From Fidelibacterota bacterium (GTDB lineage: Bacteria > Fidelibacterota > Fidelibacteria > Fidelibacterales > Fidelibacteraceae), in contig JAYEOX010000061.1 in the NCBI GenBank assembly GCA_034723415.1, positions 1 to 17,113 of the forward strand: 17,113 nucleotides of DNA. Reading direction: 5' to 3'. Position numbers and translations under genes: made by a program. The notes beneath the pieces were generated by a model. It did no database searches, had not been told where the DNA came from, and saw nothing but the letters and a program-made list of their open reading frames with translations. How positions within the stretch are numbered: position 1 is the first letter of the stretch; every line of letters begins with the position of its first letter. This document shows, piece by piece, positions 1 to 7,872 of the stretch.

Positions 1-60
1 ATGTCATTTGTTGTCAATGGTTGTCATTCATAGTCATTCATAGTCATTTGTTGTCATTTT
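1..60. repeat. 10-bp tandem repeat, 6 units (consensus TWGTCATTYR); may continue beyond the window edge
   Basis: Units atgtcatttg/ttgtcaatgg/ttgtcattca/tagtcattca/tagtcatttg/ttgtcatttt, with GTCA in register every 10 nt. Confidence 0.95.
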
Positions 61-84
61 CAATTTTCAATTTTCAATTTTCTA
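57..84. repeat. heptamer tandem repeat (TTTTCAA)x3 + TTTTCTA
   Basis: Direct reading; partial copies recur at about 99-107 and 135-151. Confidence 0.9.
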
Positions 85-106
85 TCTGATGTTTTCTCCA
101 TTTTCA

Positions 107-125
107 ACTTGGCGACTTGGCGAGA
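107..125. repeat. 8-bp tandem repeat (ACTTGGCG)x2 followed by AGA
   Basis: acttggcg at 107-114 and 115-122. Confidence 0.75.
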
Positions 126-282
126 TACTTTCCCCATTTTCAATTTTCTAATTGTTGTCAAAAAGGTTGCTGAGCGGAGCCGAAACAGACACTCGATAAT
201 AATTTGTAGCACACGAATTTTCACGGATTGAGCGGATTGGCACGGATATTTTTGAGTTTTTTCAGTTAGTCACTTTTCTATT

Positions 283-318
283 CCAAAGTCATAATTCGTT
301 AATCGATATTCGATATTC
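283..318. repeat. degenerate heptamer tract
   Basis: ccaaagt/cataatt/cgttaat/cgatatt/cgatatt in 7-nt register. Confidence 0.7.
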
Positions 319-462
319 TCTTATAAAACAGATGGCAAGAAATTAAACTCCCTTACTAATTTCCTTTGCGTTCTTTTGTGGTGAATTCTTTTTTTGTGAG
401 TTTTGCGTGAAATCTTTCAGTATCGCCGAAAGTCCCTTGCTTCGCTGAGGAACTCCCGTCTT

Positions 463-504
463 CCCAATTCCCAATTCCTAATTCTCAATTTATAATTCAT
501 AATT
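463..504. repeat. heptamer tandem repeat (NNNAATT)x6
   Basis: cccaatt/cccaatt/cctaatt/ctcaatt/tataatt/cataatt. Confidence 0.9.
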
Positions 505-570
505 AAAAAAATCCGTGTTCTACAAAAAACAAACGATATAACTACCAAATGTCTGCTTCGGCTCGTAACT

Positions 571-605
571 CTCTTTCCCTTCTCCTGTTTCCTTTCTCCT
601 TTTTT
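571..605. repeat. pyrimidine-rich heptamer tract x5
   Basis: ctctttc/ccttctc/ctgtttc/ctttctc/ctttttt. Confidence 0.75.
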
Positions 606-681
606 TCTCTGTGTTCCTTGTTTCTTTTGTGGTGAATTAACTTCGTTCATTTCGGTTCGTGGCTATATTTCTGCTTTTTTC

Positions 682-712
682 TTGCACTTATCGTAAATAT
701 ACTTTATATTTG
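682..712 (+). promoter_or_regulatory. putative promoter of the ATPase gene
   Basis: TTGCAC (682-687), 17 nt, TATATT (705-710), about 30 nt upstream of the ATG. AT-rich context makes a chance match possible. Confidence 0.4.
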
Positions 713-742
713 GACGGATAAAATGTAAAATAAGGTTGCGAT

Positions 743-1885
743 ATGATACGAAAAAGAGAATTATGGATAAAAAAAATTGAAAGTGCTTGGAAAACTCGTT
801 CAATTGTTTGGCTAACAGGTGTAAGAAGAGTAGGCAAAACAACACTTGTAAAAATGTTTAAAAACGCATTATATTTAAATTGTGATTTGCCATCTGTTGC
901 TCGCAGATTAGAAGATCCTGAATTTTTTTATGAAAATGTCAGCGATGACACAATTATTATTTTTGATGAAGTGCATAGAGTAAAAGACCCAAGTATTTTA
1001 CTAAAAATAGGTGCCGATAATTTCCCCAAACTAAAAATATTGGCTACCGGTTCCTCAACATTATCAGCCACAAAGAAATTTAGAGATTCGCTTACGGGAA
1101 GAAAGAGAGTCGTTTTTTTGCCTCCTGTATTATGGACAGAAACAAAAGAAATATTCAACATTAAAGATTTGGATTATAGATTGCTTCGTGGTGGATTACC
1201 CGAATTATTACTTTTAGATGAAAAAGACAACTCCCTTTATAGCGAATGGATAGATAGTTTTTATGCACGCGATATTCAGAATTTATTTAATATTCGAAAT
1301 CGTAAAGGATTTATCAAACTCTTCCAATTACTTTTAAAACAGAGTGGTGGAATTGTTAATTATTCAAAATTAGCAAATCTTTGCGAAATAAGTCGTCCAA
1401 CCGTCTTGTCTCATACTTCGATGATGGAAATTGCAAATGCTATCTTTTTTCTCAATCCATTTCATGGTGGAAGCAGAAGAGAATTTACACAAAAATCAAA
1501 AATTTATGCTTTCGATACCGGCTTTGTCACTTTTGTAAAAGGATGGAATAATATCAGAGCGGAAGATAGAGGAATCTTATGGGAACATCTTGTTTTGGAT
1601 ATTTTAAGAGTGAATTTTGACAACAAAAATATCTTTTATTGGCGAGACAAATCTGGTAAAGAAATTGATTTTATTCTGAAAGAAAATGATAATATGGTAC
1701 ATACTATAGAATGCAAAATTTCCTCCGATACATTAAAGACAAAATCACTAAAAAAATTTCGTTCAATCTATCCAAAGGGCAAAAATTTTGTATTATCACC
1801 AAATATAAAAGAACAATATAAGTTGAAAAAAAATGGAATTATATTAAATTTCATATCGACAAAAGATATTGCTAATTTAATATGA
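743..1885 (+). CDS. AAA+ ATPase (AAA_14 + DUF4143, COG1373-type)
   Basis: Walker A GVRRVGKT, Walker B IIIFDEVH, LATGSS, SLTGR, RGGLPE, KIYAFDTG, and C-terminal YWRDKSGKEIDFI...IECK. Confidence 0.92.
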   Translation: MIRKRELWIKKIESAWKTRSIVWLTGVRRVGKTTLVKMFKNALYLNCDLPSVARRLEDPEFFYENVSDDTIIIFDEVHRVKDPSILLKIGADNFPKLKILATGSSTLSATKKFRDSLTGRKRVVFLPPVLWTETKEIFNIKDLDYRLLRGGLPELLLLDEKDNSLYSEWIDSFYARDIQNLFNIRNRKGFIKLFQLLLKQSGGIVNYSKLANLCEISRPTVLSHTSMMEIANAIFFLNPFHGGSRREFTQKSKIYAFDTGFVTFVKGWNNIRAEDRGILWEHLVLDILRVNFDNKNIFYWRDKSGKEIDFILKENDNMVHTIECKISSDTLKTKSLKKFRSIYPKGKNFVLSPNIKEQYKLKKNGIILNFISTKDIANLI

Positions 1886-1952
1886 GTCAACTAAAATAAT
1901 GCTACTATTGAAATAATAAATTTGTATATTTATGAGTAAAAAAAGGAAATAA

Positions 1953-3269
1953 ATGAAAATAAAAAAACCGGAATTATTAATTCCCGCAGGCGATTTTGAA
2001 AAATTAAAATATGCTTTCGCATTTGGTGCAGATGCCGTTTATGCCGGAATACCATTGTTTTCACTTCGAACTCGTGAAATTGGATTTACTTCAAATAATA
2101 TCCATGAAGCAATTGAATATACTCATAAATTAGGTAAGAAAATTTATCTTGTTATGAATATTTATGCACATAATATTAAAGTAAAACCATTTTTAAAGGA
2201 ACTTGAAAAAATTGTAAAAATGAATCCGGATGGAATTATTATGGTCGATCCGGGTTTAATAAATATTGCATTAAAAAAATATCCGAATATTGATATTCAT
2301 CTTTCAACACAGGCGAATACAACAAATTGGACTTCTGTTAAATTTTGGCGTGATCTTGGAATTAAAAGAATTATTCTTACAAGAGAGTTAAGTTTAAAAG
2401 AGATGACGAAAATGCATGAACAAGTTCCGGATATTGAATTGGAAGCTTTTGTCCACGGATCAATTTGTATTGCATATTCCGGAAGATGTTTGATTTCAAA
2501 TTATCTAAATCATAGAGATGCCAATCAAGGAACTTGCACAAATAGTTGTCGTTGGGAATATAAACTGGGATATGAAAAAGGTTCGTTATTGGAAGTTGAA
2601 AATAAACAAAAACCATATTCAATGGAAAATTATATACCACCTCCAAATGGATTTTATGTAAAAGAACAAAAGCGAGTAAATGATAAATTTCCAATTTTAG
2701 AGAATGAATTTGGGACTTATTTAATGAATTCAAAGGATTTATGCAGCATTGAATTAATTCCAGATATGATAAAAGCGGGTGTGATGAGTTTAAAAGTAGA
2801 AGGAAGAACAAAATCTGTATATTATGCTGCAATGGTCTCTCGTGCATACAGAAAAGCAATTGACGATTATTATGATAATAAAAAGTTTGATCCTGAAAAT
2901 TTAAGAGATTTGATGAGATTGAGTTCACGAACTTATACAACGGGCTTTTATACGAGAAATCCAAGACAATATGGAGAAAATTTTGAAGATGGATATTCTA
3001 AAAGTACAACTCATAAGGTTGCTGGAATAATAAGAAATTTTAATTCACAAAATGGGCTCACTGAGGTGGAAATAAAAAATAGAATAAATGTGAATGATGA
3101 GTTGGAGATCATAACTCCTAATAAAAAGGAATTGATAAGAGTAAAAAAGATAATCAATAAAAAAGATATAAGTGTCGAAGTAGCACATGGCGGTGCCGAA
3201 AATGTTTTCATTCCTTTGGAAAATGATCCGGGTGAATTTGCATTTTTGAGAAGTAAAATTAAAGAATAA
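1953..3269 (+). CDS. trhP: U32 family protein, tRNA 5-hydroxyuridine synthesis (TrhP/YegQ-like)
   Basis: PELLIPAG, GADAVYAG, HLSTQAN, EAFVHGSICIAYSGRCLIS, NQGTCTNSCRWEY (Fe-S cysteines), SLKVEGR and a U32 C-terminal domain; RBS AAGGA. Confidence 0.85.
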   Translation: MKIKKPELLIPAGDFEKLKYAFAFGADAVYAGIPLFSLRTREIGFTSNNIHEAIEYTHKLGKKIYLVMNIYAHNIKVKPFLKELEKIVKMNPDGIIMVDPGLINIALKKYPNIDIHLSTQANTTNWTSVKFWRDLGIKRIILTRELSLKEMTKMHEQVPDIELEAFVHGSICIAYSGRCLISNYLNHRDANQGTCTNSCRWEYKLGYEKGSLLEVENKQKPYSMENYIPPPNGFYVKEQKRVNDKFPILENEFGTYLMNSKDLCSIELIPDMIKAGVMSLKVEGRTKSVYYAAMVSRAYRKAIDDYYDNKKFDPENLRDLMRLSSRTYTTGFYTRNPRQYGENFEDGYSKSTTHKVAGIIRNFNSQNGLTEVEIKNRINVNDELEIITPNKKELIRVKKIINKKDISVEVAHGGAENVFIPLENDPGEFAFLRSKIKE

Positions 3270-3274
3270 TCAGC

Positions 3275-3310
3275 AACTAACAAAAACGAACAAGAACGAA
3301 CAAGAACTAA
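3275..3310. repeat. 10-bp tandem repeat (AACKAACAAR) x3.6
   Basis: aactaacaaa/aacgaacaag/aacgaacaag/aactaa directly after the trhP stop codon. Confidence 0.85.
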
Positions 3311-3513
3311 ATTTGTCTATTTTTTCCCTATTAATTCACAAGAATTTAATTATGAATTTTATGAATATTTTGTGACGAAATTACTATGTGAAGACAGTCG
3401 TAGACAATTTTAATTAAGAATAGTTGGAAATTAGGTAAATAAATTACTAATAAGTTTAATTATTAATTGTTATATTATCTGCAAGGAAAAAGGTTTGAAA
3501 TATGAAAAGGTGA

Positions 3514-4116
3514 ATGCTAAAAAATAAATTAAATAAAAGTTTTTATACTCGTGATGTTATTACAGTTGCTCGGGAAGTATTAGGGAAAATTTTTGTAAAT
3601 AAGATAGGTGATGTTTTATTATCCGGCAAAGTTGTTGAAGTGGAAGCATATCATGGAGCAACTGACAAATCGGCACACAGTTATAATGGAATCACTAAAC
3701 GCAACAATATAATGTTTGAAACCGGCGGATTGCTTTATGTTTATTTTATTTATGGAATTCATAATTGTTGTAATATTGTTACGGGAAAACAGGGTGAGGG
3801 AGATGCTATTTTAATTAGAGGAATTGAGCCGCTATCAGGAATAGAAAAAATGTCATTTAATAGGTATAAAAAAAATAATATTTCAAATAGTGAGAAGTTA
3901 AATTTATCAAATGGTCCCGGGAAAATTTGTCAGGCATTTAAAATAAATAGAGATCAAAATGGAATCAATTTAACAGGTAATCAAATATATTTGTTAAATA
4001 ATAAAAAAATCAAAGAAGAAGAAATAATAAGTACAAAAAGAATAGGGATAAAAAGATCAGAAGCTTTGCAATGGAGATTTTACATAAAAAATAATCAATA
4101 TGTTTCAAAAAAATAA
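3514..4116 (+). CDS. DNA-3-methyladenine glycosylase (AAG/MPG family)
   Basis: VAREVLGK, VEVEAYHG..D.SAHSY, LYVYFIYGIH, ILIRGIEP, NGPGKICQAF, RIGI, WRFY. Confidence 0.93.
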   Translation: MLKNKLNKSFYTRDVITVAREVLGKIFVNKIGDVLLSGKVVEVEAYHGATDKSAHSYNGITKRNNIMFETGGLLYVYFIYGIHNCCNIVTGKQGEGDAILIRGIEPLSGIEKMSFNRYKKNNISNSEKLNLSNGPGKICQAFKINRDQNGINLTGNQIYLLNNKKIKEEEIISTKRIGIKRSEALQWRFYIKNNQYVSKK

Positions 4117-4795
4117 TAAACAAAATAATAAATTAAAGTTAACACCTGAACTTATTTGGAGCAAGCTTGGAATATATCAAGAAATTATCTTATTAGGTGT
4201 AATTTTAGCAACTTATGCAATAAGCCGATTTATTTATAATTTAAATCCAATTAAACATCATTCAATTTATGAATGGCACAACAGAGTATTTGAAATATTT
4301 AATTTGCAAGATGTTTTTTCATTTTTAATTAAAGGGATTTTAATTGGAATTATGGTTTCATTTATTATTACGATCTTAGATATAATAATTTCCAAATTAC
4401 AAAATGAAGCTTGGTATAAAAATATTACGCGGAACGACTTTATATTACCAAAAACTGTTGGTCAGAAAAAAATGGCAGCAATAATTATTTTCAGTGGTTC
4501 TTTTGTAGAAGAGATAATTTTTAGAGGATTGATTTTTTTTGCATTATTACCTGTTTGGAATTCTTGGATCTGGGCGGCTTTGATCGTATCTTCCATTTTC
4601 GCTTTTTTTCATGCGGATATACAGGGATTTTTATCATCAGTATGGATTTTTTTTATAAGTATGGTTCTTTCATTTTTGATCTTTAAATATCAGTCAATAG
4701 TAATAATTTATTCAACACATGTAACTATGAATTTAATAAGTATTTTTCTGATGCCCCAATTAATTGAATATTTCAAAAATAGAATGGAGAATTAA
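4100..4795 (+). CDS. CPBP (Abi/CAAX, type II) intramembrane glutamic endopeptidase
   Basis: Multiple TM segments; EEIIFRG, FAFFH and HVTMN motifs; overlaps the upstream gene by 17 nt. Confidence 0.85.
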   Translation: MFQKNNKQNNKLKLTPELIWSKLGIYQEIILLGVILATYAISRFIYNLNPIKHHSIYEWHNRVFEIFNLQDVFSFLIKGILIGIMVSFIITILDIIISKLQNEAWYKNITRNDFILPKTVGQKKMAAIIIFSGSFVEEIIFRGLIFFALLPVWNSWIWAALIVSSIFAFFHADIQGFLSSVWIFFISMVLSFLIFKYQSIVIIYSTHVTMNLISIFLMPQLIEYFKNRMEN

Positions 4796-4818
4796 TCTTA
4801 AAATCATTAAAAATAATC

Positions 4819-5652
4819 ATGTTTTTATTATTCATTAATATTGGATTATATGGTAATGCCTTGAAATCAGAACGAAAAACTGATTTTACTACTAACTTAA
4901 ATATTGATAAAATTGCGGCTCAATACAGATATTATAATAATGATTCACTGTTTTTTTCTTTTGAAGTGGGTGTTTTTCCATTAGAATTTGTATCACCGGG
5001 TGTCTATTGGATAGATAAAGATTTATATCATTTAGGTGACATTTATGAATGGAATATTTGGAGTTTAATTTCCGGTTCAGAAGGTAAACCTTATCAATTC
5101 AAAATATTTCACGGAGTAAATAAAAAATATGGTAAAAATAAAAAAAATATTAGAGGGAATTTTATTTCTTATTCAGCTCATAGTAGATTTGATGCAAAAA
5201 TATATGCATTGCCATCATATCAAATTGGTTACGAAAATAAATATGTACAATTTTATTCAAAAATGAGTCAAGTTATAAGTAAAATTCAGCTATCATTTTT
5301 GTTATTTGGTAGAGATTTTGATGAGCAGGTAATAAAAGCACAGTATTTGAAGAGGGGAATGATACCTGATTTTCTTCCACTTGTAGATATGAATAAATTG
5401 GTATGGGAAACAAGAATTCATTGGAGTATTACTACCCGTTTTGACAGAAATATAAAATTATATGTTGATAGACCATATTTTATTGATCTCGGTAAATATT
5501 ATTTATATCTTACTTTTGGAATTGGAGCAAAAATTTACACACCATATACAATATATAAAGATAACACTTTCCAAGTAGAATCATCAGATATGAAAATCAA
5601 CCCCGTGATCAATGCAAATATTTATTTTCCATATAATCAATTATTTTTTTGA
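4819..5652 (+). CDS. hypothetical exported protein, aromatic-rich, possibly outer-membrane beta-rich; start uncertain
   Basis: 277-aa ORF in operon orientation, hydrophobic N-terminus, terminal Phe; no family recognised. Confidence 0.65.
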   Translation: MFLLFINIGLYGNALKSERKTDFTTNLNIDKIAAQYRYYNNDSLFFSFEVGVFPLEFVSPGVYWIDKDLYHLGDIYEWNIWSLISGSEGKPYQFKIFHGVNKKYGKNKKNIRGNFISYSAHSRFDAKIYALPSYQIGYENKYVQFYSKMSQVISKIQLSFLLFGRDFDEQVIKAQYLKRGMIPDFLPLVDMNKLVWETRIHWSITTRFDRNIKLYVDRPYFIDLGKYYLYLTFGIGAKIYTPYTIYKDNTFQVESSDMKINPVINANIYFPYNQLFF

Positions 5653-5717
5653 TAAAGATTATTTTTTTATTGTTATGAATATGTTAAATTATTCGGGTGT
5701 AAATTTAGAGGATAAAA

Positions 5718-5870
5718 ATGAAAATGAAAATTAAAATATTAATAGAATTGTTTCACTATTCAAATAAACATAAAAAGTTTATTTTTGCACCATTGATATT
5801 ATTGACAATTTTCTTGATCTGGTTGATAATAAACGAAAGTAATTTTATTATTTTGCCATTTTTCTTTTAA
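5718..5870 (+). CDS. 50-aa small membrane protein, DUF5989-like (absent from the ORF track)
   Basis: Hand translation MKMKIKILIELFHYSNKHKKFIFAPLILLTIFLIWLIINESNFIILPFFF*; RBS GAGGA at 5708-5712; one TM helix; ends 11 nt before the next ORF. Confidence 0.75.
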   Translation: MKMKIKILIELFHYSNKHKKFIFAPLILLTIFLIWLIINESNFIILPFFF

Positions 5871-5881
5871 AATAAATATAG

Positions 5882-7753
5882 TTGGAAATGAATAAAAAAC
5901 ATCCACATTTAAAAAACAGTATATTTGATTTTGCCTTAATAGCTTTTTCAATATCAATTCTGTTTCTTATCGAATATTTTTTACAATTAGTTGGATTTGG
6001 TGAATCTTATCCGCTTGCTAATATCGTTGAAAAAAATAATGTAAAATATTATATGGTTAATGAAAATTTTCCTAAAAAATATTTTTCTAATAATATTCAA
6101 AATTATCCCAAATTTAGAAAAAGCTTTTTCAAAGTAAAAAAAGATAGTAATGATTTTCGTATATTTGTTGTTGGCGGTAATATTGTTAACGGTGTTCCTT
6201 ATGATGAAAGCATAAATTTTTCAAGTATTTTTAAATATTTAACTAAAAAATATAACAGAAATATAGATTTAGAAATAATAGATCTTTCAATTAATTCTAT
6301 TAATAGTTATGGTGTAAAGGACATAATAAAATATTTACCTAAATATAAACCCGATCTATTAATATTAAATACCGGTTATAATGAGTTTTTTGGTATTCCA
6401 AATTCTTCTAAAATAAATAATTTTCATTTGGAATATTTTTTCACAAAATCATTTATATTTTTTAGAAAATTTCGAATTTATCAACTAACTGAAAAAATTG
6501 TCAATTTTTTTCAAGAACAAAATGTGGATAAAATTAATTATTTACAAGCTGATTATTATGACAACAGAGTTGATTATAAATCTGGTAAATATATCAATAA
6601 AAGGAAAAACTTTTTACGAAATTTGTATAAAATAGAGGACATTACCAATAGATACCATATTCCTGTTATCATCTCAAATTTAAGTGCAAATATTTCAAGC
6701 ATCCCACCTTTTCACTCTGAATTTAATGATGAAGAATTAACTGATATTGAATTGTATAGGAATTTTCCAAATTATTTAATTCAGGATGATAAGACCCAAG
6801 CAGAAGATTGGCTGCAGGATTTAAAATCGTGGGAACCACAATCGGCAATTTATTATTATTGCAAGGCAATTTTAGATAAAAAAAATAATCAAATAGAATC
6901 AAGTTTAAAAAATTACACAATAGCAATTCGGATAGATAAATTTCATTTTAGGCCATTACAAGATTGGAATTTTGCTATCAAAAATTTTGCAAATGAAAAA
7001 GAATGGATGTTTGTCAATATTGATTCTGTCTACGATGATCTAACTTTTCATAAATTAAAATGTGATAATATTTTTATTGATCATATACATCCGAATATTA
7101 AAGGATATTGGTTGTTTGTGAAAGAACATTTCAACGTAATAGAAAAGAATAAATTATTTAGTATTAAGAAAAATAATAAATTAAGTTTTAATGAATTTAC
7201 AAAAAAATATCCGCTAACAAATTTTACAAAAAGTAATCAGGCTGTTTATGCGAAAGCAATTCGTAAACTTATTTATGGCAATAATATTTACAAGGATGAA
7301 TATCTTGCACAAGGTTCGATAGTTAAAAAATTTGCTTATCAGAATATTAATAAAAATATAAGTTGGTTAAAAGCCAATGAAGAGTTATTAGATCATTATT
7401 ACAAAAAAGGCGACGATCAAGAAGCTTTAAAATATTTTAAAAATATTCAAACGACATATTCATATAATCTTAAAAACTATTTAAAAGGAATTTTGATTTA
7501 TTATGAAAATGAACAGTGGAGAAAAATAATACAATTAAAAGAAGAATCTTCAGGAACTTTTGAACATGCAAAATTGTTCTATTATTATGGAGTTGCATAT
7601 TATCAAATTGAAAATTATGAACGATCATTTAATTGTTTTAAAAGGGCTGAAATATTATTAGAGACAAATCCACATCAATTATCTGATTCTGAGAAGACCA
7701 AACTATACAAGTATTATGGTAAAAGTTTAGAGAAGATTGGAAAAATTGAATAA
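5882..7753 (+). CDS. membrane-anchored SGNH/GDSL-like domain protein with TPR-like repeats (start TTG 5882 or ATG 5888)
   Basis: N-terminal TM; block I RIFVVGGN, block III PDLLILNTGYNEF, block V FIDHIHPNIKGY; TPR-like YYYGVAYYQIENYERSFNCFKRA. Confidence 0.75.
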   Translation: MEMNKKHPHLKNSIFDFALIAFSISILFLIEYFLQLVGFGESYPLANIVEKNNVKYYMVNENFPKKYFSNNIQNYPKFRKSFFKVKKDSNDFRIFVVGGNIVNGVPYDESINFSSIFKYLTKKYNRNIDLEIIDLSINSINSYGVKDIIKYLPKYKPDLLILNTGYNEFFGIPNSSKINNFHLEYFFTKSFIFFRKFRIYQLTEKIVNFFQEQNVDKINYLQADYYDNRVDYKSGKYINKRKNFLRNLYKIEDITNRYHIPVIISNLSANISSIPPFHSEFNDEELTDIELYRNFPNYLIQDDKTQAEDWLQDLKSWEPQSAIYYYCKAILDKKNNQIESSLKNYTIAIRIDKFHFRPLQDWNFAIKNFANEKEWMFVNIDSVYDDLTFHKLKCDNIFIDHIHPNIKGYWLFVKEHFNVIEKNKLFSIKKNNKLSFNEFTKKYPLTNFTKSNQAVYAKAIRKLIYGNNIYKDEYLAQGSIVKKFAYQNINKNISWLKANEELLDHYYKKGDDQEALKYFKNIQTTYSYNLKNYLKGILIYYENEQWRKIIQLKEESSGTFEHAKLFYYYGVAYYQIENYERSFNCFKRAEILLETNPHQLSDSEKTKLYKYYGKSLEKIGKIE

Positions 7754-7872
7754 AATACCAAACAAGCTATTGGATAAATAGAAATATAGAAATAGTTTTG
7801 ATTTTTATATTAAATTTAATAAATTAAGTATTAATGGGAAATTCAAATATTTATAAAAAAATAAGGAAATTT

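Larger units (their letters stand above)
203..526. repeat. inner long-range inverted repeat pair, arms 203-221 and 508-526
   Basis: tttgtagcacacgaatttt versus the reverse complement of aaaatccgtgttctacaaa (tttgtagaacacggatttt): 17/19 identical. The left arm continues as CGRAT units at 214, 224, 233 and 243. Confidence 0.85.
177..564. repeat. outer long-range inverted repeat pair, arms 177-191 and 550-564
   Basis: gagccgaaacagaca versus the reverse complement of tgtctgcttcggctc (gagccgaagcagaca): 14/15 identical. Confidence 0.8.
371..638. repeat. exact 17-bp direct repeat TTCTTTTGTGGTGAATT at 371-387 and 622-638
   Basis: Both copies are identical and both are preceded by TTCCTT(T)G. Confidence 0.9.

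Noticed and set aside
254..455. Possible third nested stem (254-265 with 445-455)
   Set aside because: It needs two G-U pairs and a bulge and favours the opposite strand to the other two stems, so chance is plausible
417..650. 77-aa minus-strand ORF
   Set aside because: It is a translation of the heptamer tracts (GERKQEKGKR, MNYKLRIRNWELG) with no family motif, so likely spurious
1..665. CRISPR array or integron attC array
   Set aside because: No constant-length repeat with regular spacers, no cas or integrase gene in the window, and no convincing attC R-box pairs
663..3283. Antisense ORFs 663-845, 928-1161, 2377-2964 and 3011-3283
   Set aside because: Shadow frames opposite well-supported genes, with no motifs
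3371..3392. TGTGA half-sites suggesting a CRP/FNR box
   Set aside because: The second half-site TCACA is not present at the 6-nt spacing
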